Assembly (NCBI GenBank): GCA_963761335.1
Contig: CAVXGR010000011.1
Coordinates: 320,001 to 384,000 of the forward strand
From: an uncultured delta proteobacterium
Lineage (GTDB): Bacteria > Desulfobacterota > Binatia > HRBIN30 > BPIQ01
Direction: 5' to 3'
DNA: 64,000 bases
Part shown: positions 8,012 through 17,711 of the stretch, piece by piece
Layout: the number at the start of each line of letters is the position of its first letter
Numbering within the stretch: the stretch's first letter is position 1
Made by a program: the position numbers and the translations under genes
Notes under the pieces: generated by a model
Databases searched by the model: none
What the model was told of the DNA's origin: nothing
The model's input: only the letters and a program-made list of their open reading frames with translations

Positions 8012-8718
8012 AAAGCACCCTTCAGCGCATGGCGTGCCGCGCGGCGCTGCTGGCGCTCCTGCCGCTCGCCGCGTGTGCCGGGCAACAGGCGACGGCCACC
8101 GCCCAGACGGCGACGCCGATCTCGCCCGAGGTCCGCACCGCCTTCGGTCCGCCCGGCCCCTATGTCCTGCAGGACGGCGATCTGCTGAGCGTCAAGTTCT
8201 ACTACAACCCCGACCTCAACGAGGACGTCGTCGTCCGTCCGGACGGCAAGATCTCTCTGCAGCTGATCGGCGACGTGCAGGCCTCCGGGCTCACGCCCGC
8301 CGGGCTGTCGGCGGCGCTGGCGCAGAGATACGCGGGCGAGCTGGCGATGCCGAAGATCAACGTCATCGTCCGCCAGCTCGGCGGCAACCGCATCTACGTC
8401 GGCGGCGAGGTCGGCAAGCAAGGAGCCTTGCCCCTGAGCACCGGGCTGACTCTCTTCCAGGCAATTCAGGAGGCCGGCGGCTTCACCCCCACGGCGCACC
8501 GCGCCCAGGTCGTGCTCATCCGGCGCGTCGGCGAGGAGCCGCGAGGCTACAGCGTCGACACGCGGCCGATCGCCAGCGGCAATCACCCCGAGGACGACCT
8601 TGCCCTGCGCCCCTACGACGTCGTCTACGTGCCGCGCTCGAAGATCGCCGACATCGACCTGTTCGTCGAGCAGTACATACGCAACGTGATACCCGTCCAA
8701 CCCAGCTTCATTCCCTGA
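8008..8718 (+). CDS. wza: Polysaccharide export lipoprotein (Wza/OPX family)
   Basis: Lipobox LAAC; YVLQDGDLL..VRPDGKISLQLIG; SLBB motif IYVGGEV. Confidence 0.9.
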   Translation: MKSTLQRMACRAALLALLPLAACAGQQATATAQTATPISPEVRTAFGPPGPYVLQDGDLLSVKFYYNPDLNEDVVVRPDGKISLQLIGDVQASGLTPAGLSAALAQRYAGELAMPKINVIVRQLGGNRIYVGGEVGKQGALPLSTGLTLFQAIQEAGGFTPTAHRAQVVLIRRVGEEPRGYSVDTRPIASGNHPEDDLALRPYDVVYVPRSKIADIDLFVEQYIRNVIPVQPSFIP

Positions 8719-8725
8719 GGCCAAT

Positions 8726-10228
8726 ATGGACAAGCCCGCTATTCCCTGGCGCGAAATATTCGCCATCCTGCTGCGCCGCCGCAGCCTGATCCTCACGGTC
8801 TTCGTCATCGGCGTGACCGGCGTGGCGGCGCTCACCTGGCTGCGCGGCCCCTCCTACGTCGCCGCCGCCAAGATCATGGTCACCTCCGAGCGCGCCCAGA
8901 TGACGGTCTCTCCCGACGCCGACGCCAAGCCGGTCATCGATCGGGTCACCGAGCAGGATCTCAACTCCGAGGTCGCCCTGCTGCAGAGCACCTCGCTGGT
9001 GCGCGAGGTCCTCGAGCACTACCGCGGCCAGCTCGAGGCGCCCGATTCGGGTGTCGGGCACTACCTGTCGGCGGCCCTCCGCTTCCCCCTCGAGCTGCCC
9101 GGCATTCTCTACCGGCACACGCACGGAGTGCCGCCACTGACACCGTTCGAGTCCTGGGTCCAGTCCACCGCCAGCCGCGTGCGCGTCGACACGATCTCCA
9201 AGTCGAACCTGATCGAGGTCTCCTTCCAGAGCTCGACCGCGAAGTGGGCATCGCAGTTCGTCAACGACCTGGTCAATCGCCACGTCGAGCGGCACGCGCA
9301 GTTCAACAAGCAGTCGGATGCGCGTCGTTTCTACGAAGGTCAGCAACGGCTGCTGAACACCAAGATGCAGGATGCCGAGAAGGAGCTCGGCGATTTCTAC
9401 ACCCGCGAGGGCTTCGACTCGGCGCCGGAGCAGCAGGCGGCGCTGCGTGCCCGGCTGGCACAGATGGAGACCACCCGCAGCACCTCGGCGACGGCACTCG
9501 CCGAGGCCAAGGCGCGCATGGATTTTCTCTCGAACGCCATCCGCCAGTACCCGAAGAGCATCCCGGCGGATTCCAAGCTCGCCGGGAACGAGGGGATCCA
9601 GCTGATCAAGGCGCGCATCCTCGCCCTCGAGCTCGACCGCAGCCAGGCGCTCTCCGCCTACGCGCCCACCAGCGTCAAGATCAAGCAGTTCGACCGTCAG
9701 CTGGAGGAGGCGAAGCGCCTGCTCGAGAAGGAGAAGGCGAACGCCAGCGTCTCGCCGGGGGCCGCCAACCCGACCTACCAGTCCCTGGAGATGGACCTGG
9801 CGCAGACCGGGGCACAGAAGGCGTCAATGGAGGCGCGCCTCACTGATCTCTCGTCGCAGATCGACGCCGTACGCCGGAAGCTCGAGCATCTGGAGAGCAT
9901 CGGCTCGGAGCAGGAGCGCCTGGAGCAGAGAGTCGCCTCCGCGAAGACCTCCTATCTCACCTACCTGAAGAAGGAAGAGGAGGCGCGCTTCGCCGACGCC
10001 CTCGACGACTCGAAGATCGTCAACGTGGTCGTCGTCGAGCCCGCCTCCGAGCCGGTGGCACCGCGACCGGCGCGGGCGATGACCACGCTGGCCTTGGGAG
10101 CCTTGCTGAGCCTGATGGCCGGGGTCGCCCTGGCGTTCCTTCGCGACTGGCTCGACCCGACGGTCAAGAGCGCCGTCGAGGCCGCCGCACTCGCGGAGCT
10201 GCCGGTCCTCGCGGACATTCCCTCTTGA
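8726..10228 (+). CDS. Polysaccharide co-polymerase (GumC/Wzc N-terminal type, no kinase domain)
   Basis: N-terminal TM, DLNSEVALLQS, coiled-coil, Pro-rich EPASEPVAP then C-terminal TM. Confidence 0.85.
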   Translation: MDKPAIPWREIFAILLRRRSLILTVFVIGVTGVAALTWLRGPSYVAAAKIMVTSERAQMTVSPDADAKPVIDRVTEQDLNSEVALLQSTSLVREVLEHYRGQLEAPDSGVGHYLSAALRFPLELPGILYRHTHGVPPLTPFESWVQSTASRVRVDTISKSNLIEVSFQSSTAKWASQFVNDLVNRHVERHAQFNKQSDARRFYEGQQRLLNTKMQDAEKELGDFYTREGFDSAPEQQAALRARLAQMETTRSTSATALAEAKARMDFLSNAIRQYPKSIPADSKLAGNEGIQLIKARILALELDRSQALSAYAPTSVKIKQFDRQLEEAKRLLEKEKANASVSPGAANPTYQSLEMDLAQTGAQKASMEARLTDLSSQIDAVRRKLEHLESIGSEQERLEQRVASAKTSYLTYLKKEEEARFADALDDSKIVNVVVVEPASEPVAPRPARAMTTLALGALLSLMAGVALAFLRDWLDPTVKSAVEAAALAELPVLADIPS

Positions 10229-10239
10229 AGGTTCCGGTC

Positions 10240-11355
10240 ATGTACGCGGCCCACTTCGGTCTGGCGAACGAGCCCTTCTCGCTCACTCCCGACCCGTTCT
10301 TCCTCTACCCGAGCCCCTCGCATGCCGAGGCGCTGGCGGCACTGAAGGTGGGGCTGCTTGGCCGCCGTGGTCTCCTGGTGATGATCGGCGAGGTGGGCAC
10401 CGGAAAGACGACGCTGTTGTACACCCTGCTCAGCGAGCTCGGGCAGGAGGTGCGCACCGCCTACATCTCCAACACCCGCCTCTCCTTCGAAGACATGCTC
10501 CGCCAGGCGCTTGCCGATTTCGGCGTCGCCGCCGCCGGCGACTCTCGCGCCGCCCTGCTGGCGGCGCTGAATGCCTTCCTGGCGCGCTGTGCGGCGGAGG
10601 ACAGGACGGCGGCGCTGATCATCGACGAGGCCCAGAACCTGAGCGACGAGACCTTCGAGAATCTGCGCCTGCTTTCCAATTACGAGACCTTCGACCGCAA
10701 GCTCCTGCAGATCGTCCTGGTCGGACAGCCGGAGCTCGAAGCGCGCCTGCGCAACCCGCACATCCGCCAGATTGCCGAGCGCGTCGCCGTTCGCTGCTAC
10801 GTGAACCCGCTCGGCTGGAAAGAGAGCCGCGAGTACATCCGGCACCGGCTGGCGCGCGCCGGCGGCTCTCTCGAGCTGCTGACCCCGGCGGCGCTGCGCC
10901 TCGTGCAGTGGAAGTCGCGCGGCCTTCCGCGCCGGATCAACATCATCTGCCACAACGCCTTTCTCTTCGCCTACGGCCACGATGCCCGGCGCGTGACCTG
11001 GCACTTCGTGCGCGCCGCGGTGCGCGAGCGCGAGGGACGCGGGCTGGTGCAGATGCGGGGACCGCTGGCGCGCCGGCTGGACGGCGCCCTCGGCCGCCGT
11101 CCCGGCCGGATCGGCACGGTGCTGGCCGGCGCGGCGCTCTCGGCCCTCATCGGAGTCGCCGCCGTCCGCTGGATCGATCGACCGGCTTCAGTCACCGCTC
11201 CGCAGACGATGTTGCAGATCGAGCCATCGCTGCGGCGCCTGAGCGTGGGGCCCGACATGGCGATGGCCGAGACGCAGCACCCGCTCGCGACGCAAGCCCG
11301 GCTGGAGCTGGAGACCAGCTACCGGCGCGGCAGGAGCACGGAGAGGAGCTCATGA
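10240..11355 (+). CDS. ExeA/GspA-like AAA ATPase
   Basis: MYAAHFGLANEPFSLTPDPFFLY, GEVGTGKTT, IIDEAQNL, LVGQPEL, GLPRRINIIC; C-terminal TM. Confidence 0.9.
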   Translation: MYAAHFGLANEPFSLTPDPFFLYPSPSHAEALAALKVGLLGRRGLLVMIGEVGTGKTTLLYTLLSELGQEVRTAYISNTRLSFEDMLRQALADFGVAAAGDSRAALLAALNAFLARCAAEDRTAALIIDEAQNLSDETFENLRLLSNYETFDRKLLQIVLVGQPELEARLRNPHIRQIAERVAVRCYVNPLGWKESREYIRHRLARAGGSLELLTPAALRLVQWKSRGLPRRINIICHNAFLFAYGHDARRVTWHFVRAAVREREGRGLVQMRGPLARRLDGALGRRPGRIGTVLAGAALSALIGVAAVRWIDRPASVTAPQTMLQIEPSLRRLSVGPDMAMAETQHPLATQARLELETSYRRGRSTERSS

Positions 11356-12086
11356 GTGAATACTTTCGTGTCCTGAAGCGGATGGAGCAGGGCGGCGCGC
11401 CGCGTGAAGCGCGTCCCCTGGCGCTGGCGACCGCCGCTCCGGTGGCGGCGCCGACCGAGGGGGCGGCGCCGCAGAGAGCCGCCGTGTCGGCTCCGGCGCC
11501 GAGCTCGCCCGGGGCCAATGCCTTCGCGGCGCTCTTCGACAGCCTCCGCGCTCTCGATCTCGGCGGCATGCCGCGCGTCGTCTTCGCGGCCGCCTCGCCG
11601 TCCGCGTGTACGTCCGACGTGGTGGAAGGCCTGGCGGCGCACGCAAGCCAGCTCGGCCTGCAGGTGCTGGTCGCCGATCTGGTGCAGGGGGCGGGGGGAC
11701 CACTGCTGCGCGCCCGGCACGGTGGCGACGGGCTCGCCGACGGCGACGGGGAGATCGCTCTCGATCTGCGCGGCCGCAGCCGCATGCGCACGGTCTCCGA
11801 CTGGCTGCAGCGCGCCGCCCCGGAGGCCGATCTGGTCCTCATCGAGGCGCCGCCGCTCTCTCAGTCCATCGACGCTCCGCTGCTTGCCTGTGCCTGCGAC
11901 GGGTTGGTCATCGTGGCCCACACCGAGATCACCACGCGCCAGGCGATGCGCACGGCCGCCGAGCGCAGCCGCTCGGTCGGTTGCCGGGGCCTGGGCGTCG
12001 TCATGCACGGCACCCGCGACCACATGCCGGCGTGGCTGCGGCACCTGCCCCTCCTGCCACAGGCACTGGAGGAGCACTCGGCATGA
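11352..12086 (+). CDS. Degenerate CpsD/CapB-like (BY-kinase-like) protein
   Basis: MSEYFRVLKR start, DLVLIEAPPL, ACDGLVIVA, GLGVVM follow the BY-kinase layout, but the Walker A GK[ST] is absent. Confidence 0.7.
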   Translation: MSEYFRVLKRMEQGGAPREARPLALATAAPVAAPTEGAAPQRAAVSAPAPSSPGANAFAALFDSLRALDLGGMPRVVFAAASPSACTSDVVEGLAAHASQLGLQVLVADLVQGAGGPLLRARHGGDGLADGDGEIALDLRGRSRMRTVSDWLQRAAPEADLVLIEAPPLSQSIDAPLLACACDGLVIVAHTEITTRQAMRTAAERSRSVGCRGLGVVMHGTRDHMPAWLRHLPLLPQALEEHSA

Positions 12087-13507
12087 ACTCCAGTCGCCGA
12101 TTGCTGACGACGCTCGTCAAGCTCGCCGACCTGAGCGTCATCATCGCCAGCTTCATCATCGCCATCGCCGCCACCGACGCGCAGGCGGGCAACAGCTGGT
12201 GGTCGATCCTGGAGATGCGCATTCAGCTGCGCAACGCCCTCTTCATGGCCGGCTACCTCGGCTTCTGGCACTTCGTCATGCGAACCCGCGGCCTCTACCG
12301 CTCCTACCGCCTCTCCGACCCGTCGAGGGAAATGCGCGAGATCGGGGCAACAGTGCTGATGTCGGTGGCGCCGCTGGTGCCGCTCAAGCCGATCCTCGGC
12401 TTCCACTTCGTCGACATCCCCTTCCTGCTCACCTTCTCCTTTGTGGCCTTCTGCGGTCTCTACCTCGAGCGCCGGCTGCTGCGGACCGTCGGCCGCGAAG
12501 TCCGCCGCTACGGTCGAAATCTGCGCAACGTCGTCGTCGTTGGCACCGGCAACGCCGCCCTCACCCTGGCCTCCAAGCTCGTCCAGCAGGAAGATCTCGG
12601 CTATCAGGTCGTGGAGGTCATCTCGGCGGGCGACTACGCCGACCCGAAGGGCGATGGCTACGCCGAGACGGCGGTGCTCATGCGCGTCGAGGCGCAGATC
12701 GAGCAGAATCCGGTCGACGAGCTTTTCATCGCCCTGCCGTTGGATTCCTCCGCGGCGCTGATCCAGAGCCTGATCTCTCTGTGCGAGGAGCAGGGGATCA
12801 CCGTGCGCCTCATGGCACAGGTGGCCTCGCTCTACTGGGCGCGCGCTGTCCTCGACGCCATCGACGGCCAGCCGATTCTCACCGTTCACACCGGCAGCCC
12901 CGACAACTTGGCACTGCTCGTCAAGCGCGCCATCGACATGCTCGGCGCCGCCCTCGGGCTGATCCTGCTGTCGCCGCTCCTCCTCGCCGCCGCCATCGTC
13001 ATCAAGCTCGACTCGCCCGGACCGGTCTTCTTCCGCCAGGAGCGCGTCGGCCTCAACCGCCGGCGCTTCCGCGCGTACAAGTTCCGCACCATGGTCGGCG
13101 ACGCCGAGAAGATGCAGGCGGCGCTCGAGCCGTTGAACGAGGCGCAGGGGCCGGTCTTCAAGATCGAGAACGACCCGCGCATCACTCGGGTCGGCAAGTG
13201 GCTGCGCCACCTGAGCATCGACGAGCTGCCCCAGCTCCTCAACGTGCTGATCGGGGAGATGAGCCTCGTCGGGCCGCGGCCCCTGCCGGTGCGCGACGTC
13301 AACCGCATCGACATTCGCTGGCACAAGCGCCGCTTCAGCGTGAAGCCGGGCATCACCTGCCTGTGGCAGGTGAACAGCCGCCAGCCGAAGTTCGACGAGT
13401 GGATCCAGTCCGACATGGAGTACATCGACAACTGGTCGCTGTCGCTCGACTTCAAGATTCTCGCCAAGACCATTCCGGCGGTGCTGTCGGGAGAGGGAGC
13501 GCACTGA
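12083..13507 (+). CDS. Priming polyprenyl-phosphate glycosylphosphotransferase (WcaJ/CpsE family)
   Basis: KRAIDML, SPGPVFFRQERVG, KFRTM, DPRITRVG, DELPQLLNVL.GEMSLVGPRP, KPGIT. Confidence 0.95.
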   Translation: MNSSRRLLTTLVKLADLSVIIASFIIAIAATDAQAGNSWWSILEMRIQLRNALFMAGYLGFWHFVMRTRGLYRSYRLSDPSREMREIGATVLMSVAPLVPLKPILGFHFVDIPFLLTFSFVAFCGLYLERRLLRTVGREVRRYGRNLRNVVVVGTGNAALTLASKLVQQEDLGYQVVEVISAGDYADPKGDGYAETAVLMRVEAQIEQNPVDELFIALPLDSSAALIQSLISLCEEQGITVRLMAQVASLYWARAVLDAIDGQPILTVHTGSPDNLALLVKRAIDMLGAALGLILLSPLLLAAAIVIKLDSPGPVFFRQERVGLNRRRFRAYKFRTMVGDAEKMQAALEPLNEAQGPVFKIENDPRITRVGKWLRHLSIDELPQLLNVLIGEMSLVGPRPLPVRDVNRIDIRWHKRRFSVKPGITCLWQVNSRQPKFDEWIQSDMEYIDNWSLSLDFKILAKTIPAVLSGEGAH

Positions 13508-13508
13508 A

Positions 13509-14258
13509 ATGGACGCGCATCGGGTTCCGGTTACCGTCATCGTCCCCTGCTACAACGAGGAAGAGGGTATCCCGGCGCTCGTCGCCCGGCTGCGCGCCAT
13601 GCGCCGCAACCCGGTGATGCAGCACTGGACCTTCCTCTTCATCGACGACGGCAGCAACGACGGCACCTTCGCCGAGCTGCTGCGCGCGGCGCGCGACGAG
13701 CCGTGGATCGAGGTGGTGCGCCACCACGAGAACCTCGGGCTCGGCGCCGCCCTGCGCACGGCGTTCGCGCACACCAGCGCCTGGGTCGTGTGCACCATCG
13801 ACAGCGACTGCACCTATCCGCCGGAACGACTTCCGGAGCTGACGGCGCTGATCGAGCAGGGCGCCGACATCGTCACCGCCTCGGCATGGCACCCCGAAAC
13901 CGACGAGCCGCAGGGGAGCTCGTATCGGCTGCTGCTGAGCCGCTTCGTGTCGCGTATCTACAAGCTGCTGATCGGGCAGGACATCCACACCTTCACCTGC
14001 CTCTTCCGCGCCTACCGGCGGGATGCGGTGGAGCGCACCCGCTTTCGTTCCAACGGATTCGCCGCGGTGGCGGAGATCATGCTCCGCGCCATCCTCGCGG
14101 GCTATCAGGTTCGCGAGGTTCCCATGGCTCTCGAGCACCGCCGCTACGGAGAGTCGAAGCTGCGTGTGGGCGACGCGGTCATCGCGCACCTTCGCCTGAT
14201 CACGCTGACATTGATGACGCTCGGAACGCGATTCATTCGCCATTCGTTCTGGGCCTGA
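13509..14258 (+). CDS. GT2 glycosyltransferase, DPM1/polyprenol-phosphate type
   Basis: VIVPCYNEE, DDGSNDGT, NLGLGAA, DSD, RRYGESK. Confidence 0.88.
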   Translation: MDAHRVPVTVIVPCYNEEEGIPALVARLRAMRRNPVMQHWTFLFIDDGSNDGTFAELLRAARDEPWIEVVRHHENLGLGAALRTAFAHTSAWVVCTIDSDCTYPPERLPELTALIEQGADIVTASAWHPETDEPQGSSYRLLLSRFVSRIYKLLIGQDIHTFTCLFRAYRRDAVERTRFRSNGFAAVAEIMLRAILAGYQVREVPMALEHRRYGESKLRVGDAVIAHLRLITLTLMTLGTRFIRHSFWA

Positions 14259-14280
14259 GACCAATCAAGGGGGCAACACG

Positions 14281-15291
14281 ATGAAGCTCGGAATCATTGG
14301 ATATGGACGCGCCGGGAAGGTGCACTTCGACTCCTGGAATCAGGTGGACGGCGGTGAAGTGGTCGCCGTCTGCGACGCGTCCGTCACTGCCCGTCAGGCC
14401 GCCGCACGGCTCGGGATGGCCGCCTATGCGGATCTGGATCACATGTTGGACGAAGCCGAGCTCGACGCAGTGAGCATCTGCACACCGCCCGACATCCATG
14501 CGGAAACGGCCGTCGCCTGTCTCGATCGCGGCCTGCACGTGCTCTGCGAAAAGCCGCTGGCACTGGCGCCCTGGGACGCTCTCCGCATGCTGCAGGCGGC
14601 CACCTCGGCGGGCCGCCATCTGCTTCTGGCGACCAAGTTCCGCCACGTCCCCGATCTGGTACTGGCCCGCGAGATGATTCTCTCCGGGGCGCTCGGCGAG
14701 CCGATCGCCTTCGAGATCAGCTTCTGCAGCCCGGTCGACATGAAAGGGCGTTGGAACGCGCAGCGCGAGCGCGCCGGCGGCGGCGTGATCATGGACAATG
14801 GTTGCCACGCCTTCGACCTGATCTCGTTTCTCTTCGGCTCTCTGGCGCGCATTCACGCGACCCTGCTCAAGCCGCTACAGCCGCTGGAAGTGGAGGACTC
14901 GGCCACGGTGCAGATCCGCACCGAGGACGGCGTCGTCGGTCGCGTCGATCTCAGCTGGAGCCTGTCCACCGGCCGCGACACCTACGTGGTCGTCTACGGC
15001 TCGCAGGGCACCGTCGAGATCGGCTGGCGCGGCTCGCGCGCCCGCACACGCGGCAGCGACTGGAAACCCCTCGACGGGCCGTACGACAAGGTCGATGCGC
15101 ACCGGCGCATGAACGAGCGCTTCATGGAGGTGGTCACCCGCAACCAGACGCCGTGGATCAGCCCGATCGAGTGCCTGCGAACCGTGGGCGCGGTCGATGC
15201 CGCCTATCGCTCCCTGCGCTCCAACGGTTGGGAGGACGTCGATCCCCATCCGCGCTGGGAGCAGCCGGCGGCGCACATGGTCGCCGTATGA
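14281..15291 (+). CDS. Gfo/Idh/MocA oxidoreductase (WbpB-like)
   Basis: GIIGYGRAG, HVLCEKP, GGGVIMDNGCH. Confidence 0.9.
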   Translation: MKLGIIGYGRAGKVHFDSWNQVDGGEVVAVCDASVTARQAAARLGMAAYADLDHMLDEAELDAVSICTPPDIHAETAVACLDRGLHVLCEKPLALAPWDALRMLQAATSAGRHLLLATKFRHVPDLVLAREMILSGALGEPIAFEISFCSPVDMKGRWNAQRERAGGGVIMDNGCHAFDLISFLFGSLARIHATLLKPLQPLEVEDSATVQIRTEDGVVGRVDLSWSLSTGRDTYVVVYGSQGTVEIGWRGSRARTRGSDWKPLDGPYDKVDAHRRMNERFMEVVTRNQTPWISPIECLRTVGAVDAAYRSLRSNGWEDVDPHPRWEQPAAHMVAV

Positions 15292-15974
15292 GCGTCGTCG
15301 ATCGCCGCCCGCGCCTCCACCCGACGGCCATCGTCGAGGCGGGCGCACAGATCGGCCCCGGCACCTCCGTCTGGGACAACGTGCACGTGCGTGCCCCGGC
15401 GCAGATCGGCCGCGACTGCATCATCGGCGAGAAGACCTACATCGCCTACGGCGTCCACATCGGCGATCTCGTGAAGATCAATGCGCAGGTCTACATCTGC
15501 ACCGGGGTCGCCATCGAAAGCCGTGTCATGATCGCCGCCGGCGTCATCTTCACCAACGACCGCTACCCGCGCGCCTTCGACGAGCCCGGCGACGGCCTCG
15601 CCTTCTCCGGCCCCACGGAGGAGACGCTCTGCACGACGGTCGGCGAGGGCGCCACCATCGGCGCCGCAGCGTGCATCGGCCCGGGCCTGGCAATCGGCCG
15701 CTTCGCCATGGTGGGCATGGGCGCCGTGGTCACCGCCGACGTGCCGGCGCATGGGCTGGTCTACGGCAACCCGGCGCGCCTGCGCGGCTACGTGTGCATC
15801 TGCGGCGCGCCGCTCCTGGACGGCGCCGCGCCGGGCGAGGACGGCGGCTCCTGTGACCGCTGCCGGCGCGCCTTTCGCCTGAGCCCCGGAGGCGGCGACC
15901 TTGGCTCGCGGCTGCGATTCGAGATGCCGCCGCGCCCGACGCGGCGCGCGGCCCTGCAGGCGGCGCTGCGATGA
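15288..15974 (+). CDS. Hexapeptide N-acyltransferase (WbpD-like) with C-terminal Cys cluster
   Basis: HPTAIVE, FTNDRYPR, GMGAVVTADVP, GNPAR..GYVCICG. Confidence 0.88.
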   Translation: MSVVDRRPRLHPTAIVEAGAQIGPGTSVWDNVHVRAPAQIGRDCIIGEKTYIAYGVHIGDLVKINAQVYICTGVAIESRVMIAAGVIFTNDRYPRAFDEPGDGLAFSGPTEETLCTTVGEGATIGAAACIGPGLAIGRFAMVGMGAVVTADVPAHGLVYGNPARLRGYVCICGAPLLDGAAPGEDGGSCDRCRRAFRLSPGGGDLGSRLRFEMPPRPTRRAALQAALR

Positions 15975-17698
15975 TCTCGCTGTTCGGCCGCGACGAGTAC
16001 GCACTGGCAGGGGTCGCGGCCCTCCTCGAAATCGACAAGATTCCCTACCGTCGCCTCCGCCACGTCGAGGCGCGCGACGAGAACTTGCTGCTGGTCGCCG
16101 GCGCCGAGCTCACCGCCGGCGACATCGCCATGCTTCACCATCGACCGACGCTGGTGCTCGACGGCGGGCCGTTGTTCGCGCAGCAGGTATTTCGCATCTC
16201 CTCGGCGATGCACGACAACCGGCCGTGCGCCATCGATCTCGAGCAGCCGATCTGGCCGGCCGCCGTCGTCGAGCTCGCCGCGCGCTTCGGCAAGCGCGAG
16301 CTGCAGCTGCCGCTGGCGCCGTTCTGCGTGGCGCCGCACCTCGGCCGCGGCACCGTGCTGGCCACGCAGTCGTCGCCGTTGGCGACGCCGCCGCAGCCGG
16401 CGGTGGTGCGCCTGGATGAATGCGTCTGGTGCACGGTCGACCTGGGAACGGCCTTCGCCAACCTGATCACCGAGTCGTACTGGCCGGCGCGGCGCGCTCG
16501 CAGCCCGTTCCAGCTCGCCGCCCGGCGCTTCGCCGAAGGCCTCTATTACGCCCTGCCGCGCCGAGCCCGCGAGCTGGCGCAGCGCCAATCGTACAGCGTG
16601 CTCGAGCGCCGCCTGCACATGGCGGACTCAGGGCGCGTTTCGGAATATCCGCTGGACGCCAGCGGCTGGCTGCTGAGCGAGCTCCTCCGCAGTCTCCTCC
16701 TGCTCGCCGCCGGCTCGCTTCTGCGACTGGAGCGCTGGCCGGCGCCGTTCGCCTCCGCCGCCGCGATGACGGCGGACGTCGAGCCGCACCGCTACGCCTA
16801 CGAGCACGGCCTCGGCCGCCTGCTATGCCATCCGGCCACGGCCCGGCATTCCACCTCCTTCGGCCTGGTCGCCGAGGCGGCCGGCGCGCATCTGCGGCAG
16901 AGCGACGGCGACCATCTGGCAGCGCACGAGGTCTACTGTCACGGCCTCACCCATCGCGGCGACCCGGTCGTCGGACGCGGCGCCGTCGCCCGCCGTATGC
17001 GCACGGCGCGCGCGCTCCTGGAAGAACGGATCGGGCGAGCCGTGGTCGGATACCGCAGCCCGCGACTGGACCGCTCCGCCGACCTGCAATGGGCGCTCGA
17101 CGACTGCGGCTTCGAGTACGACTCCTCGTATCCCGACATCGATCGGGAGAACACCGCCCACTACGGCAGCGGCGTGCGCCTCAACGTCCCCTTTCGGCCG
17201 CCGCTCGCCGATGGCAGAGGCGCTTTCCGGCGGAGCCGCTGTCTGGAGCTGCCGCTGACCGCACCCGACTGCATTCAGCCGCTCTTCGGCGGCGTATCGC
17301 TGCAGGACCTGCGCCGCACGGTTGCCGAGAAGGCCGACTTCGTGCGCTCCACCGGCGGTCTCTATCTGGCCCTGGTGCACGCCGGCGTCTTTGGCAACGA
17401 CGACGCCGGGCGGCGCGAGGACCACCTCGCCTTCGTCTGCAGCCAGCTGCAACACCCCGAGACCTGGTTCGCGACGCAGGCCGAGATCGCCACCTGGTGG
17501 ACGCAGCGGGAGCAGCTGCACGTGGACGCAACTCGCGCCGGCGCAACCATTCGCAACGACGGCGAGCGCACCGTTTTCAGCGTGCGCCTGGTGCTCGAGC
17601 AGGACGGCGGCTCCACTTCCATTGCCGTTCCGCCGCTCGAGCCCGGAGCCGTGGTCGAGCTGAGCCTTCGCCGGCAGGAACCTCTGCCGGCCGCCTGA
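15971..17698 (+). CDS. Polysaccharide deacetylase-like (CE4/NodB-like) multidomain protein
   Basis: RLERWP..AAMTADVE, HGLTH, GYRSPRL, FEYDSS, LELPLT. Confidence 0.65.
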   Translation: MISLFGRDEYALAGVAALLEIDKIPYRRLRHVEARDENLLLVAGAELTAGDIAMLHHRPTLVLDGGPLFAQQVFRISSAMHDNRPCAIDLEQPIWPAAVVELAARFGKRELQLPLAPFCVAPHLGRGTVLATQSSPLATPPQPAVVRLDECVWCTVDLGTAFANLITESYWPARRARSPFQLAARRFAEGLYYALPRRARELAQRQSYSVLERRLHMADSGRVSEYPLDASGWLLSELLRSLLLLAAGSLLRLERWPAPFASAAAMTADVEPHRYAYEHGLGRLLCHPATARHSTSFGLVAEAAGAHLRQSDGDHLAAHEVYCHGLTHRGDPVVGRGAVARRMRTARALLEERIGRAVVGYRSPRLDRSADLQWALDDCGFEYDSSYPDIDRENTAHYGSGVRLNVPFRPPLADGRGAFRRSRCLELPLTAPDCIQPLFGGVSLQDLRRTVAEKADFVRSTGGLYLALVHAGVFGNDDAGRREDHLAFVCSQLQHPETWFATQAEIATWWTQREQLHVDATRAGATIRNDGERTVFSVRLVLEQDGGSTSIAVPPLEPGAVVELSLRRQEPLPAA

Positions 17699-17711
17699 GG
17701 AAGGAGTGAGA

